Source: Glaucostegus cemiculus (lineage: Eukaryota). Taken from it: a DNA stretch of 64,000 nt. Positions 51,386 to 64,000 of the stretch are shown here, piece by piece. The stretch is taken from NCBI GenBank assembly GCA_976551045.1, contig CDPCPM010000013.1, forward strand, positions 19,964,001 through 20,028,000, written 5' to 3'. The notes beneath the pieces are model-generated. The model saw only the letters and a list, made by a program, of their open reading frames with translations. It was not told the DNA's origin and made no database searches. Numbering within the stretch: the first letter of the stretch is position 1; each line of letters opens with the position of its first letter. A program made the translations under genes and the position numbers.

Positions 51386-52054
51386 CTACATCCACCCACA
51401 TGCATGACACTTCACTCACTATACAACTCTCCCATAACTTCTCTGGCACGCACAACTTCATCTTCACCATGGACGTCCAGTCCCTATACACCTCCATTCC
51501 CCATCATGACAGCCTCACCACCCTCTGCTTCTTTGTCAACCAGAGACAGAACCAGTCCCCTTCCACTAACGCTCTCCTCTGCCTGGCGGAACTTATCCTC
51601 ACCCTAAACAACTTCTCTTTTGGTTCCTCTCACTTTCTACAGACCAAGGGTGTAGCCATGGGTACTCGCATGGGCCCCAGCTGTGCTTGCCTTTCTGTTG
51701 GTTATGTTTAACAGTCTCCATTCCAAGCCTACTCTGGCCCCACTCATCAACTCTTTCTCTACTATATCGACGACTGCATTGGTGCCACCTCTTGCACTCG
51801 TGCAGAACTCGACAGTTTCGTAAATTTCTCCACTGATTTTCACCCAGCACTCCAATTCACTTGGATTATCTCTGACACCTCTCTCTCCTTCCTCAATTTC
51901 TCCGTCTCAGGAGATTCATTATCTGCCAACATCTTCTACAAACCTACTGATGCCCACAGCTACCTTGATTACAGCTCTTCGCACCCCATCTCTTGTAAGG
52001 AAGCTATTACTTTCTCTCAATTTCTCCGCCTCCACCACATCTGCTCCTGTGATG
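51386..52054 (+). mobile_element. Penelope-like RT fragment
   Basis: MDVQSLYTSIPH, NNFSFGSSHFLQTKGVAMGTRMGPS, YIDD, FYKPTDAHSYLDY.SSHP. Confidence 0.9.
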
Positions 52055-52559
52055 AAACAAAAGATGGGTCTTTTTGCAAGGACTTCATTCTATTTTTCTC
52101 CATCACACCTGCGCTGCAAATACCGTTTCTACACCATTACAAATAGGATTGAAGATTGAATATAGGACTGAACATCTGTTTTTGACATGATGGAAGGAAG
52201 GTTATGGGTGAAGTAATTAAAGATGATTTCAGGGTAGCCGTAAGATTGAGAATTAATTTATTCCATTGTCCATCTCACCCATATTGAAATCTATTTTCCC
52301 TGCTTAAAAGGATGAATGGTACTTCTTAGTTAGCAGATATTTGACTCTGTTCAGTTACAGGTGTTTTAAAATTTATTCCCTCGTTGCAAAGTGCGTGCGA
52401 GATTTTGTGCTTCTGTTGCAAACTTGCTTTGTGAGGTTTGCAAGGTGAGAAGTTGCATTCTGTCCCTCTGAGGTCCAGCACCTTGGAAGACTGAAATAAA
52501 AACTAAATTCCAGAATACTTGGCAAATGGGGCAGTACCCATTGAGAGCAATAAAATGAG

Positions 52560-53026
52560 TTAACATTTAGGCCATTAACCTTTTATTCATACAAGGAGAT
52601 AAATGGAGTTTTGAGGTTGAGAGAAAGTGTAGAGGGTGGCGGGGGTGGTGGGAGGAAAGAACTACAGAGAAGGCATGAAAAGTAGAATGCAGGAGAGATT
52701 ATTAATAAATGGCATGACGTAGCAATCAAAAGTGGATGGTAATTGGACAAATTAAGAAATAAAAGAAGGAGCAACATGCTGGAAGTTGTTCTAAATGACA
52801 GTTTGAATGTGGAGACTTGCGGGCTAATATTGTGATGGAGAGAGAAGGGACGAGGGCAGATTTGAGGGCAACCTGATGGACATGGGCAAGAGGACATTCT
52901 GTCCTGGCAAAGGGCAGTCTTTGAGGATAATGCAAGGCATATTGGAAGCAGTGGTATAGAGAGTGGCGTTTTCAGAGCAGGAGAAAAATAGAATGTTCTT
53001 GCAAAAAGACCCATCTTCTGTTTCAT
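52560..53026 (-). mobile_element. Old Penelope-like fragment
   Basis: Reverse QDRM...SPH/IQTVI.NNFQH-like linker sequence, followed by a pyrimidine-rich 3' region. Confidence 0.55.
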
Positions 53027-54694
53027 TTGTTATGCTGTTACCCACGCTCTTTTACTTGGTGCCTCCATCTCTTCATTCATTCTACTAATTTCTTGTCTTT
53101 CACCTTATCAGATATCTTCATCTGCAGAGGCTGCCTGACTTGCTTTTTCTATCCTTCTCTGTTTTTATTTCTAGCTCCTACACACACCTCTGGTAAATTT
53201 CTAATAAGTTCCCTGTGCATTTTCCTAAAGTGTGGTGCCCAAGTGTGCCATCACCTTTAATAAATTATAAATGTTTTTCTTTGCAATGTCTCTAATTAAT
53301 AATAGTTTTATGTTTATAAATCCACCAATACCATGTGTTTTATCATAAGCCTTCTCAATTTGTTGTTTCTCCCATCAATGATTTGTGTAAATGAACACCA
53401 AGGATTATCTATTCATGTAATCCCATTAATTATAAAGTTTGTTTTTTTATTGCTTCTCCATTCTTCCTGCCAAATTGCATTGCTTCATGCTTATCTAAAT
53501 TAATTTGCAGCTGCTATTTACCTGTCTACTTCACCAGCTTCTCTGTGTCATTGTCAAGTCAATTCCAACCCTTCACTGTTTTATTGCATTGTTAATTTTT
53601 CATGTTACCTGCAAACCTTGGACCTCTAATTCTGTCCAGGTCAGAGCTATTTATCTGGTACTGATCTATGGGACTATATCTGTATGCTATGCTCTTGTCT
53701 GAAAAACTGCCCTTCATTTCTACCTCTGGTCTCTTGGTCAATGCTGTATTTATTATGCCTCTTTTTATTTAATGTCCTTGTTTTCAATCTTACCATGTTG
53801 TACTTTTTAAACCCTTTTTAAAAATACCTTTGCAACTCAAATATGCTGACCTCCCCATTACTTGGGAGGTTAAGTTGCACCTGGATGTTGAATGCCTGTG
53901 CATGAAGAAAACTGTTCTTTTTTTTCTGTTAGCAAACCTAACCAGAGTGATGGACATTGTTGGCAAATGAGGAGAGAATAGTAGGGAGGTAGATCTGCTT
54001 TGTAACTGGTTCCAATCTATCTATTAGGTGTTCTGTTCTGTGACCCTGGCCACCCAAAATGCTTTACAGCACCAATTTTTGAAATAATTTGTATAAAGAA
54101 ACTTTTTAAAATATTGTCTCAGATATACTATGTTAAATTTTATATACTGAGAGCTGTACAGACAGACTTGGTGGACTTATTTTGGGCTATTAAAGAGTTT
54201 GTTTGATTTTTGGATTTAAAACTCTATGCTTCAATCAAAGCAGCAAAAGTGGCTGATTTAATAAATTAATAATTTGGGTGTGCTGAGCAGAGAATTTCTG
54301 GTTTAGCAAAACCTAAATTGTATTTAAAAAAATATCAGTAAACTACTGTATTTCATTTCTTGTCAAAAATAACTGGATGTACTCAAGAAATGATTTTGAC
54401 TTTTCCAGAGGTTCTTTGGATTAAAAGTAAGTCCATTAGCCTTTTAGTAGTATCTGGTAGGCCTTGAAATTATGATGTATTTGCTGCTATTCCACATTAC
54501 TTTCTGAATTCATTTGAGTTTGCACCATAGATAGCTATGAGCCAGAGAAGTGCAATTGTCATTAGATGATATGGCATAATTCAGAATAACCTGTTGACAT
54601 TTGCAACAAGAGATAAAACCCTCTCATTTTTGTAACTAAAACATTTCAATTAAGAATACTCTGACTTGTTACATTTATCAAAATCTATTCAACA

Positions 54695-55342
54695 AAGCAG
54701 GTTGAGTCAATAGTAAAGAAGGCAAATGCAATGTTAGCATTCATTTTGAGAGGACAAGGGAATAAAAGCAAGGATGTAATGCTGAAGCTTTATAAGGTGT
54801 TCGCCAGACAGCATTTGGAATATTGTGAGCAATTTTGGACCACATATCTAAGGAAGGGTGTGTTGGACCCGGAGAGGGTCCAGAGGGGGTTTACAAGAAT
54901 GATCCGGGGAGTGAAAGACTTAATGTATGAGGAGCATTTGATGTCTCTGGGCCTATGCTTGATGGAGTTCAGAAGCAGGAGGGGGATTTCATTGAAACCT
55001 ACTGGATACTGGAAGTCCTGGATAGTGTGGATGTAGAGAGGATGTTTCCATTAGTAGGAGAGCCTAGGTTCCAAGAACACAGCCTCAAAATAAAGGGATG
55101 TCCTTTTAAAGCTGAAGTGAGGAGGTATTTCTTTAGCCAGATGGTGGTGAATTTATAGAATTCATTGCCACAGAGGGCTATGGAGGCCAAGTCATTGGGT
55201 GTATTTAAGGCAGAGATTGATAGGTTCTAGATTAGTAAGGGGATTAAAGGTTACAGGGAGAAGGCAGGAGAATTGCATTACAAAAAATTAGCCATGATTG
55301 AATGGCAGAGCAGACTTGAAGGGCGGAATAGCCTAATTCTGC
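54695..55342 (+). mobile_element. CR1 LINE 3' part
   Basis: KKANAMLAFI..LYKVFARQHLEYC.QFW..ERVQR.FTRM; 3' end gcctaattctgctcctatctcttatggtctta. Confidence 0.9.
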
Positions 55343-56439
55343 TCCTATCTCTTATGGTCTTAAGGACATGACTTTCACATTTATTCCAACAAATTTAGAT
55401 CTATTGTTGAAGATGTGGTAATCTAACTATTTATAATGAAATCGTAGTGATGGTTTTTCTGTCTGTTCAGTTTCTGTGAATCTTCAAGCGCCCTCCATAG
55501 ATTCTTTGAAATCTACAAAACCACCACAATTGTTTGAAAACTTATTGAAACAGGTATTTCTGCTTGAGGCAAATGGTTGTCATTAGTGGCAAAAAATACT
55601 GTGATCAATTTAAGATGTTTCATAACATTATTTTCTCACTGGAAACATAGAATCAACTCTGGAATTGAAATTCCAAAATATCTGGAGCAAAATTCTGCAG
55701 ATCTAAAAAGAGAAATGGACATTGCACTGCCTTTGCATGAACACATGCTTCAAAACAATCTTTTTCCACATCAGGAGTTTTAATGAATGAACAAAGGAAA
55801 AATTAAACATTGTGCTTTATGTATAATATAATATCAAATGTGCTTTGGTTTCCAGGGCCCTTGTTAGTTGCCACGATACTGTAAAATTCCACTCCTTGTA
55901 TGTAATATAGTGTTTGATTTTATTTGTGGTAAATCATTGGTAAGCAATTTCTTATTGACCATAAACCAATTAGCTTTTAACTAAGTTAATCATCTTCTAA
56001 AGGCTGTCTGCAAATCTATCTGTGATTTTTGTGGGCATGCCGCAATGTATCACTATACAATTAATTCGTGTAGAAAATAACTGATTGCACTAGATTATAT
56101 AGTTGGATGCTTTTTTCCCCTTTTTGTTTAAAATGGGTATGCCATGTAAAGTCTTTGATGCTGTAATGTTTTGTTTTATTCACTGGGTTATAAACTGCCA
56201 CACTATCTATTGCCATTCCTGAAGCATGGTTATATGAACATAGTATTGGAGGGCAGGAGTTATTAATGAAACTATATTTGAGCAGAGATAAGCAACTCTG
56301 AGAGGAAAGAAATGAAAAAGGAAATGGTTTACGGAGTTGAACAAGAATATAATAAATCGAATTGTGTTAATTTTAATGTAGAGTTAGGTTTCACACACTG
56401 CTTTTTGGAAGTGCATGAACTATTTTTTTCTATTTTCAG

Positions 56440-56518
56440 TAGAACATCTCATAAAGAAAACAGAGCTCAACCACAAGAGCAACAGCTGCCAAGGAAGACC
56501 TCTCCATCACCAGGAAAG
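56440..56518 (+). CDS. SYTL2: SYTL2 coding exon 4: (S)RTSHKENRAQPQEQQLPRKTSPSPGK
   Basis: Phase 2 to 0 compatible; acceptor tttttttctattttcag, donor AAG|gtatg; SPGK end resembles human SPEK. Confidence 0.78.
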
Positions 56519-57524
56519 GTATGTTTCATAATGGCTCTGATTCAGTTATTTCAAATGTAATGTACATCAATGGCACATAATGTTCTTAAAAGAAATTGAC
56601 ATATAATATAACCATTGAGCTTGTGACAATAGGCATGGTATGATAAATTATAGTCATGTGGATATTTCAAATGTTTTGAGAAATATGAATTCAGAATGTT
56701 TTAATACTCATTATTCAGATTTGTATGGATTTACCTCCATTGCAGAAAGAAATTATTTTTCTACTACAGGTCTGCATGGGCTAACTCAACTTAAAGAATC
56801 TATTCTAAAACTGCTATTCATTCTGACTAATCATTCCAGATCTGTAGTACAGAAAAAGGGAGAGAAACCTGTACACTAGAATGAAGTCCTCAAATGAGTT
56901 TCTTGAAAGAGTACATACTGTAAACACTCCTTAAATTTGTAAAGCATTATTATTAAGCATTTTGGTACAATCATTGTACTCTTGGTTATCGTGTATATTG
57001 GGGAAAATCAGTAGTTGTATTCATTAAAATGAACGTAATACAGGATTTTAAAAAGGAAAAAAAAAAACTTTTTTGTATTGAATAACCCATAACTGTAGGA
57101 ATTCCCAGATTTTAACTGGGCTCTTTTTGGACTTCAATCATTTAGAGGAGGGTTAACAAGTAGGAGACTAAAAGCATCTTGAATCTTGTGGATTATTTGC
57201 CGAATGGCACCGAAATTGAGGTACCTGAAGTGAGGAATGTACTGTGTGGCTAGACACAAAGCTGCATCAATTTTTGATGAGCTAAAATTTAACAGTATTT
57301 ATTGTTAATACACATCAAGCTCCATGCAAAAAAATCAGAAATTGCCAATTTTGAAACAGGATTATTGTGGTTTAAATGTAGAATTAAGCATTAAATGGAT
57401 CTGCACCATTTCCAAGTGAAAAATTTGCAGTTGAACAATTGGAGGAGGGTGCCAGGCTTTAAAAGCACACTCTCCAAATGTATTTGGTGTGGAAGTCTGA
57501 TTTCCTTAGGCTAGATGCTATTCA

Positions 57525-58105
57525 TGGACTGAGTTATGGAGAGAGATTGAGCAGATTGGGACTTTTTTCTTTGGAGTGTTGGAGATTGAGGGGTGATCTT
57601 ATAGAGGTGTATAAAATTTCATGAGGAGCATAGATAGGGTGAATAGGAACCTGAGGGGTAACTTTTTCACCCAGGGGGTGGTCAGAATATGGAATGAGCT
57701 GCCAGAGGAAGTGATTGAGACGGGTATATTAATGACATTTAAAAAGTACCTTGACAGATAGATGAAAAGGAAAGGTTTAGAGGGATGTGGGCCAAACATG
57801 GGCAAATGGGACTAGTGTAGCGACTCACGATATCGGGGTCTGAAACGCTGTCGGCCGTCGCGGGGAAACGTGCGAGTCCCCGCGATAGCGCGCGGAAGGC
57901 GGGACTTCCGGTGGGAGTATGACATCACTTCCGCCGGCCATGTTTTTTGTAGTTCGGGATATGCGCGGCTTTTGGTGAGTTATTAAAAACGTGCTCGATC
58001 GAGTCTCCGTGTCCTCGTGTTCTTCTAAGTCGCACCCTGCTGGCTGCTACACAAGCTTAGATGAGAATCTTGGTTGGTATGGACCAGATGGGCCAAAAGG
58101 CCTTT
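57525..58105 (+). mobile_element. CR1 LINE 3' fragment hosting a solo LTR
   Basis: RLRGDLIEVYKI..GNFFTQGVVRIWNELP; tail gggccaaaaggcctttttcagtgctgtatga. Confidence 0.85.
57816..58051 (+). mobile_element. Solo LTR (236 bp, probably Ty3/Gypsy)
   Basis: Starts TGTAGC and ends GCTACA (6-bp terminal inverted repeat, TG..CA). 4-bp flanks CTAG/CAAG, ATTAAA polyA-like signal near 57982, very CpG-rich. Confidence 0.85.
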
Positions 58106-59570
58106 TTCAGTGCTGTATGAGTTATGCAGACCAACAATAATAATACATTTATATTAGAGATGAATATATATATTTTTTTAAAAGACAAACTAATTAAAGT
58201 TGATACAAAAGGATAAATTAAGAATATATGGTAAAGGTAGCCAAAAAGTGGATTTGCTCAATTAATAATAGATTATAAGGGAATGGCAGATGAATAGGCA
58301 TTTTGCATTAGTCTTTGGCGTAATGATTTGTTTCCCAGAAGTAAACAGAAAATGCTAGAATTCTAAAACAATTAATGTTAGTTGTCCATTGGAGACTGAT
58401 TAGAACCTGAAAGGGACATTGGTTCACTTTTGTTTCAGTTGCAGCCCTTGATCATATGGAATCTCTTTTTAGATTTGAACAGAATGATGCAGTAAGCAAT
58501 CCATATTAGGGGTGTGTGTATATGTGTGTTAAATAAATAAAATCTCCGAATATGAATTGCCCTATATATCTATATCCATTATAAATAAAGCCAATTTTAA
58601 ACTTAATAGTGAGGTAGATTGACGAAATAGGAACAAACAATCCTTCTCTAGTGATGGTTGAGGTATTGGGCCACATTAAGTTTTGTTTACTCCACTAGCT
58701 CCCTGCACTAGCCCTGCAGCTGCACTGACCTCTTTGGCTGTAGCTGGTATTATCAGAAGGCCTTTTCACTGATCCTCACAGATATTTGGAAACAGAGACA
58801 TGTAGAAACTGTCAAAAAAAGCTATAAATATTTATAAAAACAAGCAATGAACCAAATTGTGCTGGAAATTGCTCCTGTGTATTTTCTGCCCAATTCCACA
58901 ATGGGCAAGGTTCGAATAGGAAATGCCCAATTGCATTTAAAAGTAGTTTTATGAATTTTAGTGCAATTTGTGCAGTAAAAACTGAAGTAAATCAGTCCAT
59001 TTTTTTTAGGGAAACATTTGTAAAGATTGATACTGGAGAATATTATAGTTTTGTGCTGCTGTATTTACTTAATCTCTGTAATTTGAAAACTTATCCAAAC
59101 AGAAAATATTTGATTCATGTTTGTTCATTTCAATTGTGTAATTTTGCAACCATTTTTAATAATGGAAGAAGGGAAAGGTACATGGTCCACTATTGGACTT
59201 TATACCTTCTAATTTAGTTTTGCTTAACTTCTATATTCTGGTCTGCCTTCCTGGTTGTCTGGACAATTTCTAGTACTGGTTCTATCGTATGCTATCTTTG
59301 GGATTGTCTTTGAAAGGGGTCAGAAAAATACAATACTGAACCTTGTTATCTATCTTTTGCTGGTACAGGATTAGTACCACTAAATAATAACAAAATACTG
59401 TAGTTGTTCATTTTCTTCTGGAGAAACATTAGGAGTCAGATTCATTCCTGAAATAATGTGGCATTTACTAATTTGTCTTGTGATTTAAAAAAAAATTTGA
59501 TTCTGTCTTCATACCTGTCTCCAATAATGGATTCACTCTCACCTCCTGTCACTAACGATGGATTCATTCA

Positions 59571-59578
<8 letters not shown>

Positions 59579-59624
<46 letters not shown>
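59579..59624 (+). repeat. (CT)n microsatellite
   Basis: About 23 CT units followed by C-runs. Confidence 0.98.
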
Positions 59625-59627
<3 letters not shown>

Positions 59628-60955
59628 CCTCCCCCCCCCCTCCCCCTTCCAATTCAGTCAGCCTGTCTCTTTTCCAAGATTATTTTGAAAAATACCCTTG
59701 AGTGACTGCCTCTTATATAATGAATGTTTTAACAATTTAGATTCAAAACTAGCTGCCTATTGTACAGATTACCTAAATTTGTTTTGAACGGCTTACCCCC
59801 CTCCTTTGAATTTGTGCTATTTTCAAACATATTTAAGTTTATTAAGATTAAGATAGCTGAAGCGTTCATGTTTGAGTGATGGTGATGCCTTGTACACCAT
59901 GATGAAATTTTAATATTGGATCAAATTTTGATTCTTTTGATGATTTAGAAAAAATCAACATTGATTGATGTCATACATCCTTATTAAATTATAAGTTAAA
60001 TGCTAGAATTTTGTGCTCTCATGATTTTAATAAAGCAGTTCTTTTAGCAAGTGTAAAGTGCTTTTTTTTAATAAAGTTTAATTGCCTAGTGATCCAATCA
60101 TATAACAGCTTTTTATCAGCATTCTGCAATTGAAAAGCTAGTCTTTCTTGAATGAAATGTGATAATGATGATCTCTGGATTGTTTTGTGTCATTTTGAAA
60201 CTCAACCAGGCTCTTCTTGACATCATCAAGGTAGGATGATGTGAGTTAGTACAATGCCACTTTTAGAGTATTGTGGGGGAATTTGAGCTATGTTTTCTTA
60301 GGGGTGCTTTTCATTGGCCCCTCCAACACAACGTGGTCTTTCTTGTATGGTGGCAGCCTGGTCGTTACGTAAGTTACTACATTCCGTTTTCAGCAGAGGC
60401 CAGCAACCAAAATGCTTATTAGTACCCCACTGCTGCATCATTTAGTGCACCTTGTGGGGTATACTTGAATCACTAAGCAGTTATACGCATGCAACTTCTT
60501 TGCTGCCACTTGCAAGATTTAAATTTAGCTTTTTTTTTCAAACTTTTAATTTTATGGAACAGCAATCCATCATACCTATGCAAGCCCATCAATACCTGTG
60601 TGGTGTTACATTTCCCTCCCTTTGCCTCCATTGGTGTTTCGTTTTAAATATTTATCCACTTAATATTTGAAGGCTAACCTTCTTACCACTCATTTTGATC
60701 TTTTAACAGCAATCTGAATTTTTCCTAATGTCCATCAGCCACAGTGGAAATGGATTCTATTGTAATATTCTGCTTCCTCTAGCTTTCTGAAGAATTGAAA
60801 GACGGTATATGTATGGGACTCCAAAAAATAAGCAAATAATTTCTGTAACAGCACTGACTTTGTGTTGGCCCAACTACATTTTGATATATTCCTTGTATAT
60901 TTTGTAATAGTGTTTAATGAATCATCATTCTACATTTGGAACAATTATTTTTCAG

Positions 60956-61067
60956 CAAAGAGAAAACCCATTCAACAAATCATTCCCGTCAGCTGATTAT
61001 CCAAATGAACAAGAGAGACCGCCACTATTTGTTGGAAAGCAGCCAACATCTATGACATCTAAGCAGG
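60956..61067 (+). CDS. SYTL2: SYTL2 coding exon 5: QRENPFNKSFPSADYPNEQERPPLFVGKQPTSMTSKQ(G); gene continues beyond the window
   Basis: QRENPFN resembles human QRKNPFN; acceptor tattttttcag-like tract, donor G|gtaatt, phase 0 to 1. Confidence 0.82.
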
Positions 61068-63663
61068 GTAATTATCAATAAACCATTCCGATAAATAATC
61101 CTTTTGTAGAAATCATCTCTTTCATCTTAATGTTAAGATAGATGAAGTATTCATGCTGTAGGAATTAGCTCTTCTTTAATTCCATTATATTGTTTTGGTT
61201 TGGTTTGTGGATTTATTGGTGACATTTTCCCCAGATTGTTTGATGTTAACATTTACTGATGATGAAATCCCTGTCTTGACAGTCAGACAGAAATAACACA
61301 ACTATTTACTGCATTTATGGTGCCACTGATAACTGTGCCTTGAACAAAATTTGATCACTTTAAGCAATGCAGACAACTGTAACTTTTCTCATGTCGTCAG
61401 TGGACTGGAGTTGTTGTGCTCATTCATTTATTAGGATTTTAAAGAGTTTGGTGTCGAAAGTTGTCCTCTGTTGCATGCATTAAATATTCCAAAAGGGGAG
61501 CATTGTGGTCAATAGCATCAAAGTTAGAAAGTTGAGTACAATGGACAACTGGTCCTATATTGTGCATTTAGTGCATACAGTAGGGAAGAATTTCTCCCCC
61601 CTCCCCCCTGTTTTTTGTCCTTAGTTCAGCTGCAATTATTTACAAATCCCATTCAAAAGCACCCACTAAGGATGGTTACATTATTGTAAAATGGCCAACT
61701 GTAAGGTATTTTGTTAGATTTAATACAATTCCTAATGTTTCTATTTCAATGTAGGTGATATCTTAAAAGAATTTCTAAATCATTTGAAGATTATTGTGCA
61801 ACATACGTTACTACACACCACTAAGTGATAAATCATTTGCATTAATTTAAATAGAATATTTTGGTGTCCTGCAGCCACTGGTGCTCTGTTCTGCACAAAT
61901 CCAGCTGAGAACATTGCAGTTTGTTATTTACCTTGGAAATATTTTGAACTTCAGGTATGGTATCCCATAACCAGTAATGAATTGGTTAAAGAGCTGTAGT
62001 TAATGATTTTGAGTTTACAAGTATTGACAATTTATCTTTTTTTGTCAAAATATAAAAATGTCTGTTTCCAATTAACTATGTTCATATATTTTCCTTATTC
62101 GGCTTATTTGATCCAGAATTTTCAAGCAATTGGGTCCTCCTATGTTGCAAATGTGTTTTTACAGGTGGATCATTAGCCCAATGCAATCTATGTTTGTGTC
62201 ATTACACTATAAAGGTGGTACTGATTTTGGGATTTTTGTGGATGTATATATTAATATGGAAGTCTGATGTAGTTGTCAGTGATTCAGTGCTCCTCTCCAG
62301 GCTGAACAATTACCTCAGTGAAAAGTGACTTGAATTGATGTGAATTTAAAAAAGCCACAAAGCAGTCTGACATTAAATACCAGGAAGGTCTAAGTGATTT
62401 TTTTAAAGGCGTAGTAAATCATAATTTCTCTGAGGGATTCTTTGCTGCCTTTGGTTGCTCAGCAGTCTTGATAGTATCACTGCTTAGAAGGCCTTGTTTG
62501 AACACCTGGCAGAAAAATAGAAATTCTCACTACAATTATCATTAAATCTTTGTCAGGAGCTTTGTTTGAGATAGTAGAGTTAGTGCTTTACCACTAACCC
62601 AAATTTGGGGCCATTATAAAACCTCTAGCCTTTAAAACTAACTAGAAGAGGGGAGGATTTTTCTTAAATTCACATGTTATTTTAAATGTATCTTATTAAT
62701 AAAGATGCTGATGGTTCTCAATATTTTTTGGTGCAGAACTACACTCATCAATATGAAAAATCTATTAATAAATAGAATACTTTCCATTTAAAGAGCCAAT
62801 TGTACATGGTAAATAATCTTAAATCAGGTAGAAATGCTTAAATGAAAAGGTCCCTGTTAACCAATCTTATCCTATGGTCTCAGAGGGATAGCCCTTAATT
62901 GTCATAATTTGACAGACAAACAAAACTAGATTATCATCAAGATCTAAATTTATTCAAAATCAAAAATTCTTGGACTGTAATTCAAGCAGCTACAGTAGGA
63001 CCTGTATACTGTGGAATTACCTGTGGGGGAGTACACATTTCAATTAATCATAGCTAGTGGGAGGTGGTGGCAGTATGGGTGTATCTTGAGCACTGTCTTC
63101 TGGTACAACTGGAAGCTTTAGACTATCTGCTATTTGGAATGGCTGCATTTCTCTTTATTCCTTTCATCTGCCCCACCCTTAAAATAAGTTATCCATCCTT
63201 TTTATCTGTTTTATTATCAAATTTTAAAATTTTTCAGCTTTCACTCATGCTAAACAACCCCCCTCCCCTTGCCCACATACAAGCAAACTGAGGGGAAAGT
63301 GCACATAAGCCCTTCACAAACCTGGTATGGTTCATCAAATTCAATGTTTCAGCCTCCCGCTTAACACTGGATTTTACTGAGAGCAAGGAAACCAGAGCAT
63401 CTATATGTCACTAACTATATAAGAAACAGGTAGAGTATCTATCCCTCCAGAGATCAAGCAGGAGCATCCATTGTTGATAGAACCGTGTTATCAATGTTCT
63501 GGCCTGTTTGCTGACCAATAGGAGATATGGCAGGTATTTGTGGTTTTGTAGTGCTTTATTGAACTGGAAGGTCCCAACACCTGTTATGCAAGAATCTGGG
63601 GCTAGTTTCAAATTGTGACAATAAATTGATTCACTAGACCTAAAGTTTCCCCAAGCATTGTGA

Positions 63664-63683
63664 GATAGATAGATAGATAGATA
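63664..63683 (+). repeat. (GATA)5 microsatellite
   Basis: gatagatagatagatagata. Confidence 0.9.
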
Positions 63684-64000
63684 TATAACTAATTTTGTTT
63701 TTGTGTGTGTGTACAAAATAATGGTTCAATATATAAGATATATTTTTCATCCATATCTTGAACTTCAGATTGTGTTAGAACAGTGACTTTAAAACAAAAA
63801 AGGTGCAGCAATTGTAATATCTGCTTCAGCCAATCACATTTTACTCAGCAGAATATCAATATACAAATTTGGCACCAAAATTCATAGGCTGTCATAATCA
63901 CATTTTGAACACGAGGCCAATGTACTTGCCCTGCAATCCACTGCACATTATCACTTGGCTTGCATTTAATGGTATCAAGCTGCACGTAGGACTAGGACAG

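Noticed and set aside
57816-58051. CpG-rich stretch as a host CpG island or structured ncRNA gene
   Set aside because: TG..CA termini, a 4-bp TSD and precise interruption of a CR1 identify it as an LTR.
59458-59688. ORF with an SLSLSL run
   Set aside because: Translation of the (CT)n microsatellite.
61755-62220. Possible next SYTL2 exons after acceptor-like sites at 61754 and 62164
   Set aside because: No recognisable Slp2 similarity and no convincing donor; the first frame hits a stop.
1-64000. CRISPR arrays, intact tRNA/rRNA genes, operon-like or prokaryotic defence systems
   Set aside because: Eukaryotic intron-rich DNA with no regularly spaced repeats; tRNA-like and 5S-like segments are SINE heads.

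Overview
AT-rich vertebrate genomic DNA. The repeat families (CR1 LINEs, Rex1/Babar LINEs, Penelope-like elements, HE1/V-SINEs, DeuSINEs) point to a cartilaginous fish, probably a ray or shark (inference). The only well-supported host gene is the 5' part of SYTL2 (synaptotagmin-like 2, Slp2-a) on the + strand. Five phase-compatible coding exons run from ATG 42005 to 61067 and encode the Rab27-binding SHD and the start of the linker. A CpG-enriched putative promoter and non-coding first exon lie near 12.3-12.6 kb. Much of the rest is retroelement debris, including three young insertions: an uninterrupted CR1 ORF2 at 1-1848, an intact Rex1/Babar RT at 20343-21602, and a 236-bp CpG-rich solo LTR at 57816-58051. 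I found no convincing novel multi-gene system. The best leads are a 5S-rRNA-headed AmnSINE1-like SINE, V-SINEs with swapped LINE tails, an out-of-phase extra exon in SYTL2, possible decayed CCDC83 exons head-to-head with SYTL2, and a Penelope-associated inverted duplication. All family and gene identities come from manual reading and remembered consensus motifs, not database searches. Repeat boundaries are approximate unless a TSD is given.
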